Notes under the pieces: generated by a model | What the model was told of the DNA's origin: nothing | The model's input: the letters and a program-made list of their open reading frames with translations, nothing else | The model's database searches: none | Translations under genes and position numbers: made by a program | NCBI GenBank assembly: GCA_964570585.1 | Contig: CAZMYR010000006.1 | Coordinates: 1,636 to 65,635, forward strand | Direction: 5' to 3' | Source of the DNA: an uncultured Planctomycetia bacterium | GTDB taxonomy: Bacteria > Omnitrophota > Gorgyraeia > JABMRG01 > JAFGKX01 | Length of the DNA stretch: 64,000 bases | Shown here: piece by piece, positions 17,381 through 27,044 of the stretch | Layout of the letters: every line of letters starts with the position of its first letter | Position numbering within the stretch: the first letter of the stretch is position 1

Positions 17381-17779
17381 ATGATACCAGGAAACCTAAA
17401 ATATACTATAGAACATGAATGGGCTAAAATAGAAAATGATGAAGCTGTTTTTGGCATAACAGAGTATGCCCAATCCGAACTGGGAGATATTACATTTGTA
17501 GAAGTGCCTGAGAAAGAAACCACGGTTAAGCAATCTGAAACCTTTTCTGTGGCAGAATCAGTAAAAGCAGCGAGTGATATATATGCTCCTTTATCAGGTA
17601 GCATTATCGATGTTAATGAAAAGTTAATAAATACACCTGAGCTTATAAATAAGTCTCCATATGAAGAAGGGTGGATTTGCAAGATAAAAATATCCAACCC
17701 GGCTCAAATCTCCAATCTTATGGACGCAAAAGCATATAAGGAATATTTAGAAAAGCTAACGGAGAAAGACCGTTTCTGA
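17381..17779 (+). CDS. gcvH: Glycine cleavage system H protein (lipoyl carrier)
   Basis: EHEWAKIEND...FSVAESVKAASDIYAPLSG (lipoyl-Lys context). Confidence 0.9.
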   Translation: MIPGNLKYTIEHEWAKIENDEAVFGITEYAQSELGDITFVEVPEKETTVKQSETFSVAESVKAASDIYAPLSGSIIDVNEKLINTPELINKSPYEEGWICKIKISNPAQISNLMDAKAYKEYLEKLTEKDRF

Positions 17780-17799
17780 AACCAAACAGGTTTAAAGAA

Positions 17800-19143
17800 A
17801 TGACCTATATTTCCAATACCAAGGAAGATAAACTGCAGATGCTCAGGGCCATTGGCATAAAAGACGGCGATGTTGAGAAATTATTCAAAGACATCCCGAG
17901 AAATTTACGCGCACGTTCCTTTGATATACCTTCCGGAAAGAGCGAATATGAAGTGACTCAACACATAAAAAAACTCGCCAATAAAAATAATACTGACCTT
18001 ATTTCATTTTTAGGCGCCGGATATTATGACCATTTTATACCTGCGGCAGTAGATGCTCTTGTCTCCCGCTCTGAATTTTATACTGCATATACCCCATATC
18101 AACCTGAGGCCTCCCAGGGCACGCTTCAGGCCATCTATGAATATCAAAGTGCAATATCGCGCTTGACTGATATGGAGGTTGCCAATGCCTCTCTTTATGA
18201 TGGCGGCACTGCCATTTATGAAGCAGCCATGATGGCTATGCGCATTACCGGCAGAAATAAAATTATAACAGATTCAGGGGTAAATCCAATCCATAGAAAG
18301 ATTCTTTATAGCTATACCAGCAATCTTTCAATAGAATTTAAAGAAATTCCCGTTGTGCATGGTCAAAGCGACAGAGGCATGGTGGATAAGTTTCTTGACG
18401 ATAAAACCGCAGCTGTTATATTGCAAAATCCCAATTTTTTCGGCGCAATCGATGACTATACCGACATTATTAAAAAATGTCATAGCTTAGGCGCTGCTGC
18501 AATTATGAGCGTTTATCCGATATCTCTGGGCATTTTAAAAACTCCGGGCGAAATGGGAGCAGATATAGTTGTAGGAGAAGGCCAGAGCTTAGGAATTCCT
18601 CTTTCCTTTGGCGGCCCATATCTGGGCTTTATGGCTACAAAAAAAGAATTTGTAAGAAAGATGCCGGGTAGACTGGTTGGCGCAACAGTTGATATAGAAG
18701 GCAGGAGAGGATTTGTCTTAACATTGCAAACCAGGGAACAGCATATAAGAAGAGAAAAAGCTACTTCCAATATTTGCTCAAATGAGGCATTGTGCGCCTT
18801 AAGGGCCCTTATTTACATGTGTCTTTTGGGCAAGGAAGGATTGAAAGAGGTTGCCAATCTATGTTTTAAAAAGGCAGAATACGCAAAGAAAGTTTTAGAA
18901 GGCATAAAAGGTGTTGAGGTCAAAAGAAGCTCTCCCACATTTAATGAATTCACTGTTAAATTGCCTTCCAATACAGAAGAGATTATAACAAAATTGCAGG
19001 ACAGAGGTTTTTTGGCAGGCTTTCCATTAGGTCTATATTATAATGAAATGGAAGATTATATGTTAGTAGCTGTAACTGAAAAACGCACCAGGGGGGAAAT
19101 TGACCAATATACCAAGGCTTTGGAGTCGGTATTATGGAGTTAA
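17800..19143 (+). CDS. gcvPA: Glycine dehydrogenase (decarboxylating) subunit 1
   Basis: YTPYQPEASQGTLQAIYEYQS...; split P-protein N-terminal subunit. Confidence 0.9.
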   Translation: MTYISNTKEDKLQMLRAIGIKDGDVEKLFKDIPRNLRARSFDIPSGKSEYEVTQHIKKLANKNNTDLISFLGAGYYDHFIPAAVDALVSRSEFYTAYTPYQPEASQGTLQAIYEYQSAISRLTDMEVANASLYDGGTAIYEAAMMAMRITGRNKIITDSGVNPIHRKILYSYTSNLSIEFKEIPVVHGQSDRGMVDKFLDDKTAAVILQNPNFFGAIDDYTDIIKKCHSLGAAAIMSVYPISLGILKTPGEMGADIVVGEGQSLGIPLSFGGPYLGFMATKKEFVRKMPGRLVGATVDIEGRRGFVLTLQTREQHIRREKATSNICSNEALCALRALIYMCLLGKEGLKEVANLCFKKAEYAKKVLEGIKGVEVKRSSPTFNEFTVKLPSNTEEIITKLQDRGFLAGFPLGLYYNEMEDYMLVAVTEKRTRGEIDQYTKALESVLWS

Positions 19144-20573
19144 TTTTTGAGAACTCAAAAAAGGGAAAAATTGGGGTCTTTCTTCCGTCAGACGATGTTT
19201 CTGTAAAAATAGAAATAAACCCAAAATATAGGCGAAAAAACGACGCGCAACTTCCGGAAGTCTCCGAACCTGATGTAGTGCGCCATTTTACCCGCCTTTC
19301 TAAAATGAATTTCGGGGTAGATTCTCACTTTTATCCACTTGGCTCATGCACTATGAAATATAATCCTAAATTTACCGAGAATTTAGCTGCATTGGAGGGT
19401 TTTACATCTTTACATCCACTTTTAGCACAATTGAAAGACGGAGAAAAATTCACCCAGGGCGCACTTGGGCTAATCTATGACCTCGAAAAACTGTTTTGTG
19501 GAATAACAGGAATGGATGAATTTACCACTCAACCTTTAGCCGGCGCTCATGGTGAATTAACAGGCATCATGCTCATAGCTGCATACCATAAACATAAAGG
19601 CAACAAAAGAAAAATAGTTTTAATACCCGATTCCGGCCACGGAACAAACCCGGCCAGCGCTGCCATTGCCGGATATGACGTTAAAACGATTCCATCAGAT
19701 AAAAATGGAGTTATGGATTTAGATATTCTAAAGGAGGCCTTAAACAAAGATGTTGCAGCAGTCATGCTAACCTGTCCTAATACTTTAGGCATATTTAATT
19801 CACACATCAAGGATGTATGCGACCTTGCCCACAAAGTAGGGGCGTTACTCTATTATGACGGCGCAAACTTAAATGCCATTTTTGGAAGGGCACGTCCCGG
19901 AGATTTAGGCTTTGATGTTGTGCATTTAAATCTTCACAAGACATTTGCCACTCCTCACGGTGGGGGAGGCCCGGGCGCCGGGCCTATTGGAGTAAAAAAG
20001 GAACTGGCGGAATTTCTTCCTGTACCAAGAATTATCAAAGATAATAATAGTTTCACCTTAGATTTTAATAAAAAATCCTCAATAGGGTATATTGCTCCCT
20101 TCCATGGAAATTTTCTGGTTTTAGTTAAAGCCTACGCTTACATCCTGTTATTGGGAAAAGGTGGCCTTATTGAGGTTAGCGAAAATGCTGTTATTAACGC
20201 CAATTATATATTAAAAAGGCTAAAGGAATACTATGAGTTACCCTTTGACCGTATATGTATGCATGAATGCGTCTTTTCTGCTTCCAGACAAACTGAAAAA
20301 GGTGTTCACGCTATAGATATTGCAAAAGGGTTGATAGACAAAGGCATGCACCCCCCCACTATTTATTTTCCGCTTATTGTAAAAGAGGCAATGATGATAG
20401 AGCCAACCGAAACAGAATCCAAGAAGACCTTAGATACCTTTATCGATGCAATGATAGAGCTGGCGAATCTGGCGGAAAGAAATCCTCAAGAATTTAAGGA
20501 ATTTCCAAAAACCACCCCGGTCAGAAGACTGGACGAGCTAAAAGCAGTCAAAGATTTAAACTTCGGGGTATAA
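19134..20573 (+). CDS. gcvPB: Glycine dehydrogenase (decarboxylating) subunit 2 (PLP-binding)
   Basis: HLNLHKTFATPHGGGGPGAGPIGV; overlaps the gcvPA stop. Confidence 0.9.
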   Translation: MELIFENSKKGKIGVFLPSDDVSVKIEINPKYRRKNDAQLPEVSEPDVVRHFTRLSKMNFGVDSHFYPLGSCTMKYNPKFTENLAALEGFTSLHPLLAQLKDGEKFTQGALGLIYDLEKLFCGITGMDEFTTQPLAGAHGELTGIMLIAAYHKHKGNKRKIVLIPDSGHGTNPASAAIAGYDVKTIPSDKNGVMDLDILKEALNKDVAAVMLTCPNTLGIFNSHIKDVCDLAHKVGALLYYDGANLNAIFGRARPGDLGFDVVHLNLHKTFATPHGGGGPGAGPIGVKKELAEFLPVPRIIKDNNSFTLDFNKKSSIGYIAPFHGNFLVLVKAYAYILLLGKGGLIEVSENAVINANYILKRLKEYYELPFDRICMHECVFSASRQTEKGVHAIDIAKGLIDKGMHPPTIYFPLIVKEAMMIEPTETESKKTLDTFIDAMIELANLAERNPQEFKEFPKTTPVRRLDELKAVKDLNFGV

Positions 20574-20631
20574 CAGACGTTTACAAAATTGTTCGGGTAA
20601 GTGTCTTGGTTTTGTTCGGGAAAGTGTACCC
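20574..20631. repeat. REP element copy (same family and orientation as the REP upstream of the RAYT gene)
   Basis: cagacgtttacaaaattgttcgggtaagtgtcttggttttgttcgggaaagtgtaccc; compare 46612-46669. Confidence 0.75.
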
Positions 20632-20641
20632 TAAAGGCATT

Positions 20642-21289
20642 ATGGAATACACAGACATCGATTTTAACACTCCGGAAGAAAATATTGCCTTTGATGAACT
20701 TCTGCTGACTGAGGCTGAGCAGGGTCAAAGGGATGAGACTTTTCGCTTCTGGGAACTGCAAGGTTACGTTGTAATATTAGGCAGGGGTGCTTCTGTAGCT
20801 GATGATATTTTCCTTGATAGATGCAGGAAGGATAACATAAAGATAATACAGCGTATGTCCGGTGGCGGAACCGTGCTTTTAGGGAAAGGGTGCCTCAACT
20901 ATTCTCTCATACTTCCTTATGATAAAAATCCTGAACTGTTAAATATTAAAAGTTCTTATAAATATATACTCGATAATATAGCAGCTGTTTTTTGTAAAAA
21001 AGGTATAAGTTTATTATACCAGCCCACATCAGATCTTACCCTTGGAAATAAAAAGGTCTCAGGCAATGCCCAGGCAAGAAGAAAGAATTTTTTTCTTCAT
21101 CATGGCACACTCTTATATAATTTTGATATAGACAGGGTAGGCTTTTATTTGAAAGAGCCTAAAAAGGCCCCGGAATACAGAAATGGCAGGCATCATAAGG
21201 ATTTTCTTGCCAACCTACCACTCACTTGTTCAGAAATAAAAGAGATTATAAAAATTGCCTTCAGGGGACAAATTTCTGAACAAATTTAG
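20642..21289 (+). CDS. Lipoate-protein ligase / octanoyltransferase (LplA/LipM-like BPL-LPL catalytic domain), likely lipoylating GcvH
   Basis: RMSGGGTVLLGKGCLNYSLIL...KKVSGNAQARRKNFFLHHGTLLYNFD. ATG at 20642, after the REP; the ORF track starts at 20606. Confidence 0.7.
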   Translation: MEYTDIDFNTPEENIAFDELLLTEAEQGQRDETFRFWELQGYVVILGRGASVADDIFLDRCRKDNIKIIQRMSGGGTVLLGKGCLNYSLILPYDKNPELLNIKSSYKYILDNIAAVFCKKGISLLYQPTSDLTLGNKKVSGNAQARRKNFFLHHGTLLYNFDIDRVGFYLKEPKKAPEYRNGRHHKDFLANLPLTCSEIKEIIKIAFRGQISEQI

Positions 21290-21320
21290 GACAGATCTCC
21301 AAACGATTTTAGAAACGGTC

Positions 21321-22322
21321 CTACGATTTCTCGAAGGAGCATTTGCTGCATTCCTTGTATATATCCGGATTTTCGGCCCCGCAATTTTTGCATATCCAAT
21401 AACCCGGGTGCGCCTTTCTGTGCTTGAGCCAGTAATTACGATAAACCTTTTTGCCTGTATATAATGGGATTGTTACAGGATATATTAAATAAGCTATAAT
21501 AAGCCAGAGTTTATTTGCGGTTTGATTATAAGTAAACCAGAGCATTGCTATAATAACCACAGGAATAGAGATTAATAAAGATATCTCCCTTATATTATCC
21601 GGTATAATTCCTTCGCCAAAAATGCCTATTAATATCATCGCAACAACTAAAAGGCCTACCATCCGAATTATGTAAGGATTCTTAAATAGGATATTCAGCG
21701 CTGTAGGTTCTGCTCTGGTTGTTTGTAAATATTTTAACCCTGTAGTAATCCTTTGCCCTTCTAATCTGGGGCTTATCGTATTATATGCTTGCTGGTAGGT
21801 CTCAAACTTAGCAAATCCCAATAATGCCAATAAAACCTTAGTTGCTCTAAGTTCATCCTGATGTAATTTTTTAAGGAGGGAAAGATAAATCTTATAATAT
21901 TTTAACACGCCTCTTTTATTTCCTGTTATTTCATATACCCGGGCCAGAACAAAATGGGCCGGTAGAAATTCGGGCCAGTATCTTATCGAGAACCTTAACT
22001 CTTCCTCGGCTTTAGGATAGTCTTCTTCTTTTATAAACTGCAATGACAATGAAAATGCGCCTATCGATTTTTCAATTCTGTCCAGATTAACATGAATCTT
22101 TCTTGATGCGGCAGGAAGGTAGGAAGTGTCGTATTCTTTATCGAATCTTTCAAATGAGAAATAAGATTCGTTAAAGGCGTATAAAGGAATGGCTGTTAGT
22201 AATATAACTGCTGATAGTAAACATCCGAGCGAAGCAAGTGAAGCAAGGATTTTACTTGATTTAGGATTAGTCATATAGATGGAACTTTCCCTTTTGAAGG
22301 ACAAAGATTTTTTAAGATGCAC
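21321..22322 (-). CDS. Hypothetical membrane protein with TPR-like region, three TM helices and a C-terminal CxxC...CxxC zinc ribbon; probable start at Met17 (22274)
   Basis: HFVLARVYEITGNKRGVLKYYKIYLSLL (TPR-like); C-terminal CKNCGAENPDIYKECSKC. The ORF-track N-terminus overlaps nth by about 50 nt. Confidence 0.3.
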   Translation of the reverse strand: MHLKKSLSFKRESSIYMTNPKSSKILASLASLGCLLSAVILLTAIPLYAFNESYFSFERFDKEYDTSYLPAASRKIHVNLDRIEKSIGAFSLSLQFIKEEDYPKAEEELRFSIRYWPEFLPAHFVLARVYEITGNKRGVLKYYKIYLSLLKKLHQDELRATKVLLALLGFAKFETYQQAYNTISPRLEGQRITTGLKYLQTTRAEPTALNILFKNPYIIRMVGLLVVAMILIGIFGEGIIPDNIREISLLISIPVVIIAMLWFTYNQTANKLWLIIAYLIYPVTIPLYTGKKVYRNYWLKHRKAHPGYWICKNCGAENPDIYKECSKCSFEKS

Positions 22323-22915
22323 TCAGGGCATTTTGGCTTTTTGGCTATGCAAATATTTCTTCCGTGGTCTATTAAAAGATAAGAAACCACACCCCAGTCT
22401 TTTTTATCGAAGAGATTCATCAGGTCTTGCTCTATTTTTAGAGAGTCGTCTGTCTTTGAAAAACCTAACCTCTGGCTCAATCTGCGCACATGGGTATCAA
22501 CGGCAATTCCCCCTATCTTTCCAAACCCGTTAAATAGCACTATATTGGCTGTCTTTCTGGCCACACCGGGCAATTTTAACAATTCATCCATTGAAGATGG
22601 CACTTTTCCATTAAAATCGTACCCGATTTTAATGGCTGCGTTTATGACATTTTTTGCCTTATTTTTATAAAAGCCTGTCGAGCGAATTTCATTTTCAAAG
22701 GCGTTAATATTTGCATTGGCGTAATCGGATGCTTTTTTGTATTTTTTAAACAAACCTTCGGTTACCATATTTACCCTTTTGTCTGTGCACTGGGCAGATA
22801 GCATTGTAGCTACCAGAACTTCTAAAGGGTTGCCGAAATTCAAGGCTACCTTTGCATGAGGATATGCCTTTTGTAATATTTTAAATATTTTATGTGCTCG
22901 TTTTTTGTCAGCCAT
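22271..22915 (-). CDS. nth: Endonuclease III (HhH-GPD DNA glycosylase/AP lyase with 4Fe-4S cluster)
   Basis: LPGVARKTANIVL...VDTHVRRLSQRLG...; C-terminal CIAKKPKCPECILKNLC. Confidence 0.85.
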   Translation of the reverse strand: MADKKRAHKIFKILQKAYPHAKVALNFGNPLEVLVATMLSAQCTDKRVNMVTEGLFKKYKKASDYANANINAFENEIRSTGFYKNKAKNVINAAIKIGYDFNGKVPSSMDELLKLPGVARKTANIVLFNGFGKIGGIAVDTHVRRLSQRLGFSKTDDSLKIEQDLMNLFDKKDWGVVSYLLIDHGRNICIAKKPKCPECILKNLCPSKGKVPSI

Positions 22916-22919
22916 TTTT

Positions 22920-23435
22920 TCACTCCGAGGACCACAATCCTGTTTTGTTGTCTCTGGCTTCTTTCTCCGCTGCTATTAGACTGTCAAGATATTTTGTATT
23001 GGGGGCAAATGTATAGACCCTGGCATAGCCATACCGTAAAAGCTCCTCATTGACCATTTTACCGTCCACAAATACATATGCTAACCAACGGTCATATCTA
23101 TCCGTAATTTCTTTATCTAATTCTAATCTTACCTTTTTGCCTTCTACTAATCTTCTATTTAGATTATATGCTTCAACTGCGTATGGCTCTGGGTCATAAA
23201 CCCATTCGCCTCTTACTCTCTTTCTTGACTCCGGGGTATCTATGCCGATATAGCGGACTTTTCTGGCATTTGTCAATATAATAGTATCGCCGTCTAAAAC
23301 TTTATATACAGAATAAAACCCGCCTTCGGTTGAAATACGACCACACCCGCTGAATAGAAAAATAGATAAAAGTAAAACTATAAGTTTAAGATTTTTCATT
23401 GCTCGGGAAGTGTACTCTGCTGTTCCAAAACACAT
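22920..23435 (-). CDS. Thermonuclease (SNase-like) lipoprotein; probable start ATG at 23399, overlapping the upstream stop (ATGA)
   Basis: Lipobox LLLSIFLFSGC; KVLDGDTIIL...RYIGIDTPES...WLAYVFVDGKMVNEELLRYGYARVY. Confidence 0.7.
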   Translation of the reverse strand: MCFGTAEYTSRAMKNLKLIVLLLSIFLFSGCGRISTEGGFYSVYKVLDGDTIILTNARKVRYIGIDTPESRKRVRGEWVYDPEPYAVEAYNLNRRLVEGKKVRLELDKEITDRYDRWLAYVFVDGKMVNEELLRYGYARVYTFAPNTKYLDSLIAAEKEARDNKTGLWSSE

Positions 23436-24259
23436 TGATTTATCTTTTCTCTATCCTTTCCTTTTAGGTGGGTTAAATGCACTGCTATGTCAAATTTTTT
23501 ATCAGGCAATGCTTCAATCCTGACTACCTGCCCGACCACTTTGGTCGGCAATTTCTCTTTCGGAATTTGTATTTTTAAAATTAAAAATGTCCATAAAGGT
23601 ATCGTATTCTCTGATACAAATAATATTCCAACTGCGCTTATATCTTTTGTCTCCGCTTCCTTATATTCTTCCTGAAAGGCGTAATGAAAGGTCATCTTCG
23701 CTTTCAGGCGGACAAATCTCCTTCTTTCTATTACTTTTTTTCCTTTTATATCTATAAACTTTTGCGGAGCAAGGGGAGGTATAATCTCTACCCTTTCTTT
23801 CCTCTCCGCTTCCTTTAGTGAACCATAATATTTTATTATAGCATTATCGACATCGGACTTTGTGCCAATAAATGGTTGCACTTTACAACCTGTAGCTACC
23901 TCCAATTCCTCAATTGCGTCTAAATCCAAAGGGTCGACCATTACTATCGTTAAAAGGTCTCCAACTTTATCTATAGGAATAAAATCGTATTGCCTGGCAA
24001 GTTCGGCAGGAACAAGCTCAATGGTTTTAGGTTCTATAGAGTAATTGCTTAAGGGTAGATAAGGAAAACCGTACTGGCTGGAAAGGCAACTGGCTATATC
24101 TGTCTCTGTGGCAAAACCTAACTTTAGCAGAGAGTGGCTTAAAAATTCCCCTTCTCTTTTTTGAAGCTGCAGGGCCTGCTCAAGTTGCCGTTTTGTAATA
24201 ATCTTTCTTTCTAATAATAACGTTCCGAGTTTTTTTGTTATTTTTCGTTTATAGAGCAT
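23396..24259 (-). CDS. MshEN-domain / PilZ-domain fusion protein (two predicted c-di-GMP-binding modules)
   Basis: Residues 1-150 are collinear with the stand-alone MshEN protein. The C-terminus carries PilZ motifs: RRRFVRL...DISAVGILF...GQVVRIE. Confidence 0.6.
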   Translation of the reverse strand: MLYKRKITKKLGTLLLERKIITKRQLEQALQLQKREGEFLSHSLLKLGFATETDIASCLSSQYGFPYLPLSNYSIEPKTIELVPAELARQYDFIPIDKVGDLLTIVMVDPLDLDAIEELEVATGCKVQPFIGTKSDVDNAIIKYYGSLKEAERKERVEIIPPLAPQKFIDIKGKKVIERRRFVRLKAKMTFHYAFQEEYKEAETKDISAVGILFVSENTIPLWTFLILKIQIPKEKLPTKVVGQVVRIEALPDKKFDIAVHLTHLKGKDREKINQCVLEQQSTLPEQ

Positions 24260-24281
24260 GTTTCCTCACTGCATAACCGCC

Positions 24282-24740
24282 TCAAAGACCATTCGGCGAT
24301 TTACTTGAGTCTAACCAGATAGTTACAGGGCCATCATTAACAAGTTGAACCTGCATTTTAGCAGCGAATTGCCCCTCTTTTACCGATATACCTTCGCTGC
24401 GTAAAAGGCCATTGAATTCCTTCCACATTTTTTCTGCTACGTCAGGGCTTGCTGCTTCATCAAAACCGGGCCTGTTTCCTTTGAGGGTATCTGCATATAA
24501 AGTAAACTGGGGGACACTTAAGATTTCACCTTTTATTTGGTTTATATCTAAGTTCATCTTTTTATTGTTGTCATTAAAGACTCTCATATTTTTTATCTTA
24601 TTGGCAAGATATTTTATGTCTGCATTTGTATCCTGTTTCCCTATGCCCACTAAAAGCAATAATCCTCCTCCAATGCTGCCTACCTGTTTATTCCCAACCG
24701 AGACTTTTGCTTGTTTGACCCTTTGCATAACAACACGCAT
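24282..24740 (-). CDS. dtd: D-aminoacyl-tRNA deacylase
   Basis: MRVVMQRVKQAKVSV...GGGLLLLVGIGKQD...SQFTLYADT.KGNRPGF. Confidence 0.85.
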   Translation of the reverse strand: MRVVMQRVKQAKVSVGNKQVGSIGGGLLLLVGIGKQDTNADIKYLANKIKNMRVFNDNNKKMNLDINQIKGEILSVPQFTLYADTLKGNRPGFDEAASPDVAEKMWKEFNGLLRSEGISVKEGQFAAKMQVQLVNDGPVTIWLDSSKSPNGL

Positions 24741-24743
24741 GTC

Positions 24744-24796
24744 TATTATCAGCTGTCAGTTATCAGTTGCTGAATACTGAATACTGAAAACTGCCC
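24744..24796. repeat. Word-palindrome (TCAG/CTGA words) between the VanZ-like gene and dtd
   Basis: ctattatcagctgtcagttatcagttgctgaatactgaatactgaaaactgcc. Confidence 0.55.
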
Positions 24797-24899
24797 TATT
24801 TTCTCTCCCAGAAATAAGTTACAACAAAAATTACAATAATGGAACCTATAACAATAAATGTAACTAAATTTTTATATCTCGAGAGTAAATCTATGACAT

Positions 24900-25508
24900 T
24901 CATCCCGAAGTTATAGGTTTCAACCTATATGCCGATATCAAAATTATGCCTGTTATTATCCCTGCGATATTAAGCAGAATATCCCCTAAATCATAATACC
25001 TCATCGGTAATAAATACTCTCTAATCCTCTCATCTACTATTCCTGATGAAATACATATAATTAAGGCTAAAAAAAAGCTATTCTTCGATTGATATTTAAC
25101 TATGAAGGCGTTATATAAAAAGAGGCTTAAAATTGCGTATTCCGGAATATGTAAAGCCCTCGCAGGTATTCTCTCTATATTAATATTGATGTTGATAAGG
25201 CCATAGAGAGTTTTGAATCCAAACTTAAAACCTGTAATTACGGCAACATTTATAGCGCACCCGATGGCTAAAATAATAGTTACAATGACATATGGGAACA
25301 ATCTATTAAGTCTAAATTTCCTTATGAATGGCAAATACACAAGCAAAGCTCCAAATAAAGAAAGAACTACCAATAGTTGCTTCACAAAAGAAAATCCAAA
25401 TCGCCTATATAAAAATTTAATAAAATCAGGAGTAAAAGGTAAAAATAAATATATCAATATCAGCCAGAATATGGCTATTACTAATCTAAGCTTGTAATCC
25501 TTGCTCAC
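24900..25508 (-). CDS. VanZ-family membrane protein
   Basis: Several TM helices and C-terminal VDERIREYLLPMRYYDLGDILLNIAGI (VanZ-like motif). Confidence 0.5.
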   Translation of the reverse strand: MSKDYKLRLVIAIFWLILIYLFLPFTPDFIKFLYRRFGFSFVKQLLVVLSLFGALLVYLPFIRKFRLNRLFPYVIVTIILAIGCAINVAVITGFKFGFKTLYGLINININIERIPARALHIPEYAILSLFLYNAFIVKYQSKNSFFLALIICISSGIVDERIREYLLPMRYYDLGDILLNIAGIITGIILISAYRLKPITSG

Positions 25509-25516
25509 AATATAGA

Positions 25517-25577
25517 TAGTTCGTAGTTATGAGTTCGTAGTTCATAGACTACGAACAATGAACTACGAACTATGAAC
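25517..25577. repeat. Palindrome built from two inverted plus two direct copies of the 9-mer CTACGAACT
   Basis: agttcgtagttatgagttcgtagttcatag actacgaacaatgaactacgaactatgaact; directly after the STAS-PilZ stop. Confidence 0.7.
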
Positions 25578-26369
25578 TTACTTAGCGATATGCTTTTCAA
25601 TAAAATCTATAACTTCCTCCTGGGTCTTTTGGTCAATTTCTAAGAACTGAATACCCATGCCAGGATAAAATTCAGGTTGTAGCTGTTTGTCGGCCATCCA
25701 TATAACCATGGCTTTAATAGAAATGGATTTTTTAGTTTCCGGGATAACAATATCTAAATCGATCTTTGTGCCGGCCAGCAGCATATTTATACCGCGTAAA
25801 AAAAGGCCTGAGCCGCTTATATTCCCTGCCAGCCCTGAGTATAAGGGGTTTTGTTCAGGCCCCCCCTCGGCTTTTTTATAATAGACATTGATATCCATGC
25901 CTAATCTTTTAAATCTTCTCCTTAGGGGGCGCTCAATCCCTGCCTCTTCCCGGAAGGTTTTCTTTTTGGGCTTGAAACTTCCTATAGCTTTATCTACATT
26001 CTTGTAAATATTAAAAACATTGTCTAATCTTACAATGCGCAGCAGTTCCATTATGTGCAATGGGATGTGAGATAGTTTGACGATAGCTTTATTATTTAGT
26101 GCGTTTTTATAAGCTATGGCCAGCACTGATAACCCGTTATAATCTATAAAATCGACTTCGTTTAAATCGACAACTATTCTTTTAGTCCCTCTTTTTAAAA
26201 GCTTACCGACAGTTTCTATCAGAGCAGAGGAGTTGATATCGATTGCTCCTACAATGTTTAAAATTGCTATATTTTCTTTATACCTTATATTTATCTTCAT
26301 TAGGATGCACCGTTTGGGAAAGCAAAGGGGCAAGTGTCCCCAGGGACGTTTGCTACTTTGCTTTCCCAA
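25578..26369 (-). CDS. STAS (anti-sigma-antagonist-like) / PilZ fusion protein; true start at Met24 (26300), because the first 23 codons are a translated family-A repeat
   Basis: STAS: IAILNIVGAIDINSSALIETVGKLLKRGTKRIVVDLNEVDFIDYNGLSVL (the phospho-Ser position is Tyr/Asn). PilZ: RRRFKRL...NISGSGLFL. ATG 26300 directly abuts the repeat. Confidence 0.6.
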   Translation of the reverse strand: MGKQSSKRPWGHLPLCFPKRCILMKINIRYKENIAILNIVGAIDINSSALIETVGKLLKRGTKRIVVDLNEVDFIDYNGLSVLAIAYKNALNNKAIVKLSHIPLHIMELLRIVRLDNVFNIYKNVDKAIGSFKPKKKTFREEAGIERPLRRRFKRLGMDINVYYKKAEGGPEQNPLYSGLAGNISGSGLFLRGINMLLAGTKIDLDIVIPETKKSISIKAMVIWMADKQLQPEFYPGMGIQFLEIDQKTQEEVIDFIEKHIAK

Positions 26370-26384
26370 ACGGTGCTATTCTGC
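26301..26384. repeat. Family-A hairpin element (21-bp perfect arms gcaccgtttgggaaagcaaag / ctttgctttcccaaacggtgc around a gggcaagtgtccccagggacgtttgcta core) in the 5' leader of the STAS-PilZ gene
   Basis: taggatgcaccgtttgggaaagcaaaggggcaagtgtccccagggacgtttgctactttgctttcccaaacggtgctattctgc. Confidence 0.8.
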
Positions 26385-26432
26385 TATTCTATACCAAATA
26401 TCAAGTAATATCAATAATTTTCACCCGGAAAA

Positions 26433-27032
26433 TTACTTATTACCTGACCGTATAATTTTTAGCGGATCGAGGTATTTATTTTTATATCTTATTTCAAAAT
26501 GCAAATGCGGTTGCATGCCTCTATGATTAGCATTTCCTGTCTTTCCAAGTTCGCCAATCTTATCGCCCTGCCACACCCATTGGTTGTCCTTTACTGTTAT
26601 TTTACTTAAATGGCTGTATATTGTACAATAATTCCCCCGATGTCCAATCCTGACATATTTGCCCATGCCGTTACTTACCCAACCTGTTTTGGCAGTTCCG
26701 CTTTTTGAAGCCAGCACAGGTTCTCCTATATCCGCTCTTATATCCAAACCTTTATGTCTTCTCGTTCCTCCGCCCCGCCTTGCTCCGAAATGCCCATCTC
26801 CAAAAATATCAGACCTTATCGGTATCTTTCCTTCTAAGGCAATGGGTGATAAAAAGGCGGGCTCTTTAAAATTTAAAAAGGCGGTAAATAAAAGTGGGGA
26901 TACAGGATAAATAAAAAAAAGAATTAATAAACAATAAACCGCTGCACCAATTAAGGTTTTTTTGCGTTTATTGTGATCGGTGGTGGGTTGAAAGCGAAAT
27001 TTCCTCAAAGAGGAAGGGGAAGATTTAAGCAT
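26433..27032 (-). CDS. M23-family peptidoglycan metallopeptidase
   Basis: HKGLDIRADIGEPVLASKSG...GHRGNYCTIYSHLS...GNANHRGMQPHLHFEIR. Confidence 0.8.
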   Translation of the reverse strand: MLKSSPSSLRKFRFQPTTDHNKRKKTLIGAAVYCLLILFFIYPVSPLLFTAFLNFKEPAFLSPIALEGKIPIRSDIFGDGHFGARRGGGTRRHKGLDIRADIGEPVLASKSGTAKTGWVSNGMGKYVRIGHRGNYCTIYSHLSKITVKDNQWVWQGDKIGELGKTGNANHRGMQPHLHFEIRYKNKYLDPLKIIRSGNK

Positions 27033-27044
27033 GAGCGGTTGGCA

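Noticed and set aside
20574-20641. Possibility that the lipoate ligase is transcriptionally separate from gcvTHP because of the inserted REP
   Set aside because: The REP is only 58 nt and the ligase start follows 10 nt later. REP insertion inside operons is common and does not by itself imply a separate unit.
26301-26384. Family-A element as a c-di-GMP riboswitch (GEMM) upstream of PilZ genes
   Set aside because: A 21-bp perfect palindrome with a symmetric core does not resemble the GEMM-I/II architecture (no GNRA tetraloop/receptor pair or conserved A-rich junction). Treated as a repeat or possible operator instead.
26233-26526. 97-aa ORF, and the 27340-27522 60-aa ORF (plus strand)
   Set aside because: Both are read-throughs of family-A repeat copies (shared ..HRLGKQRGKCP.. 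/ ..HRLRKQGSKCP.. peptides) and are antisense to the M23 peptidase and PilZ genes.
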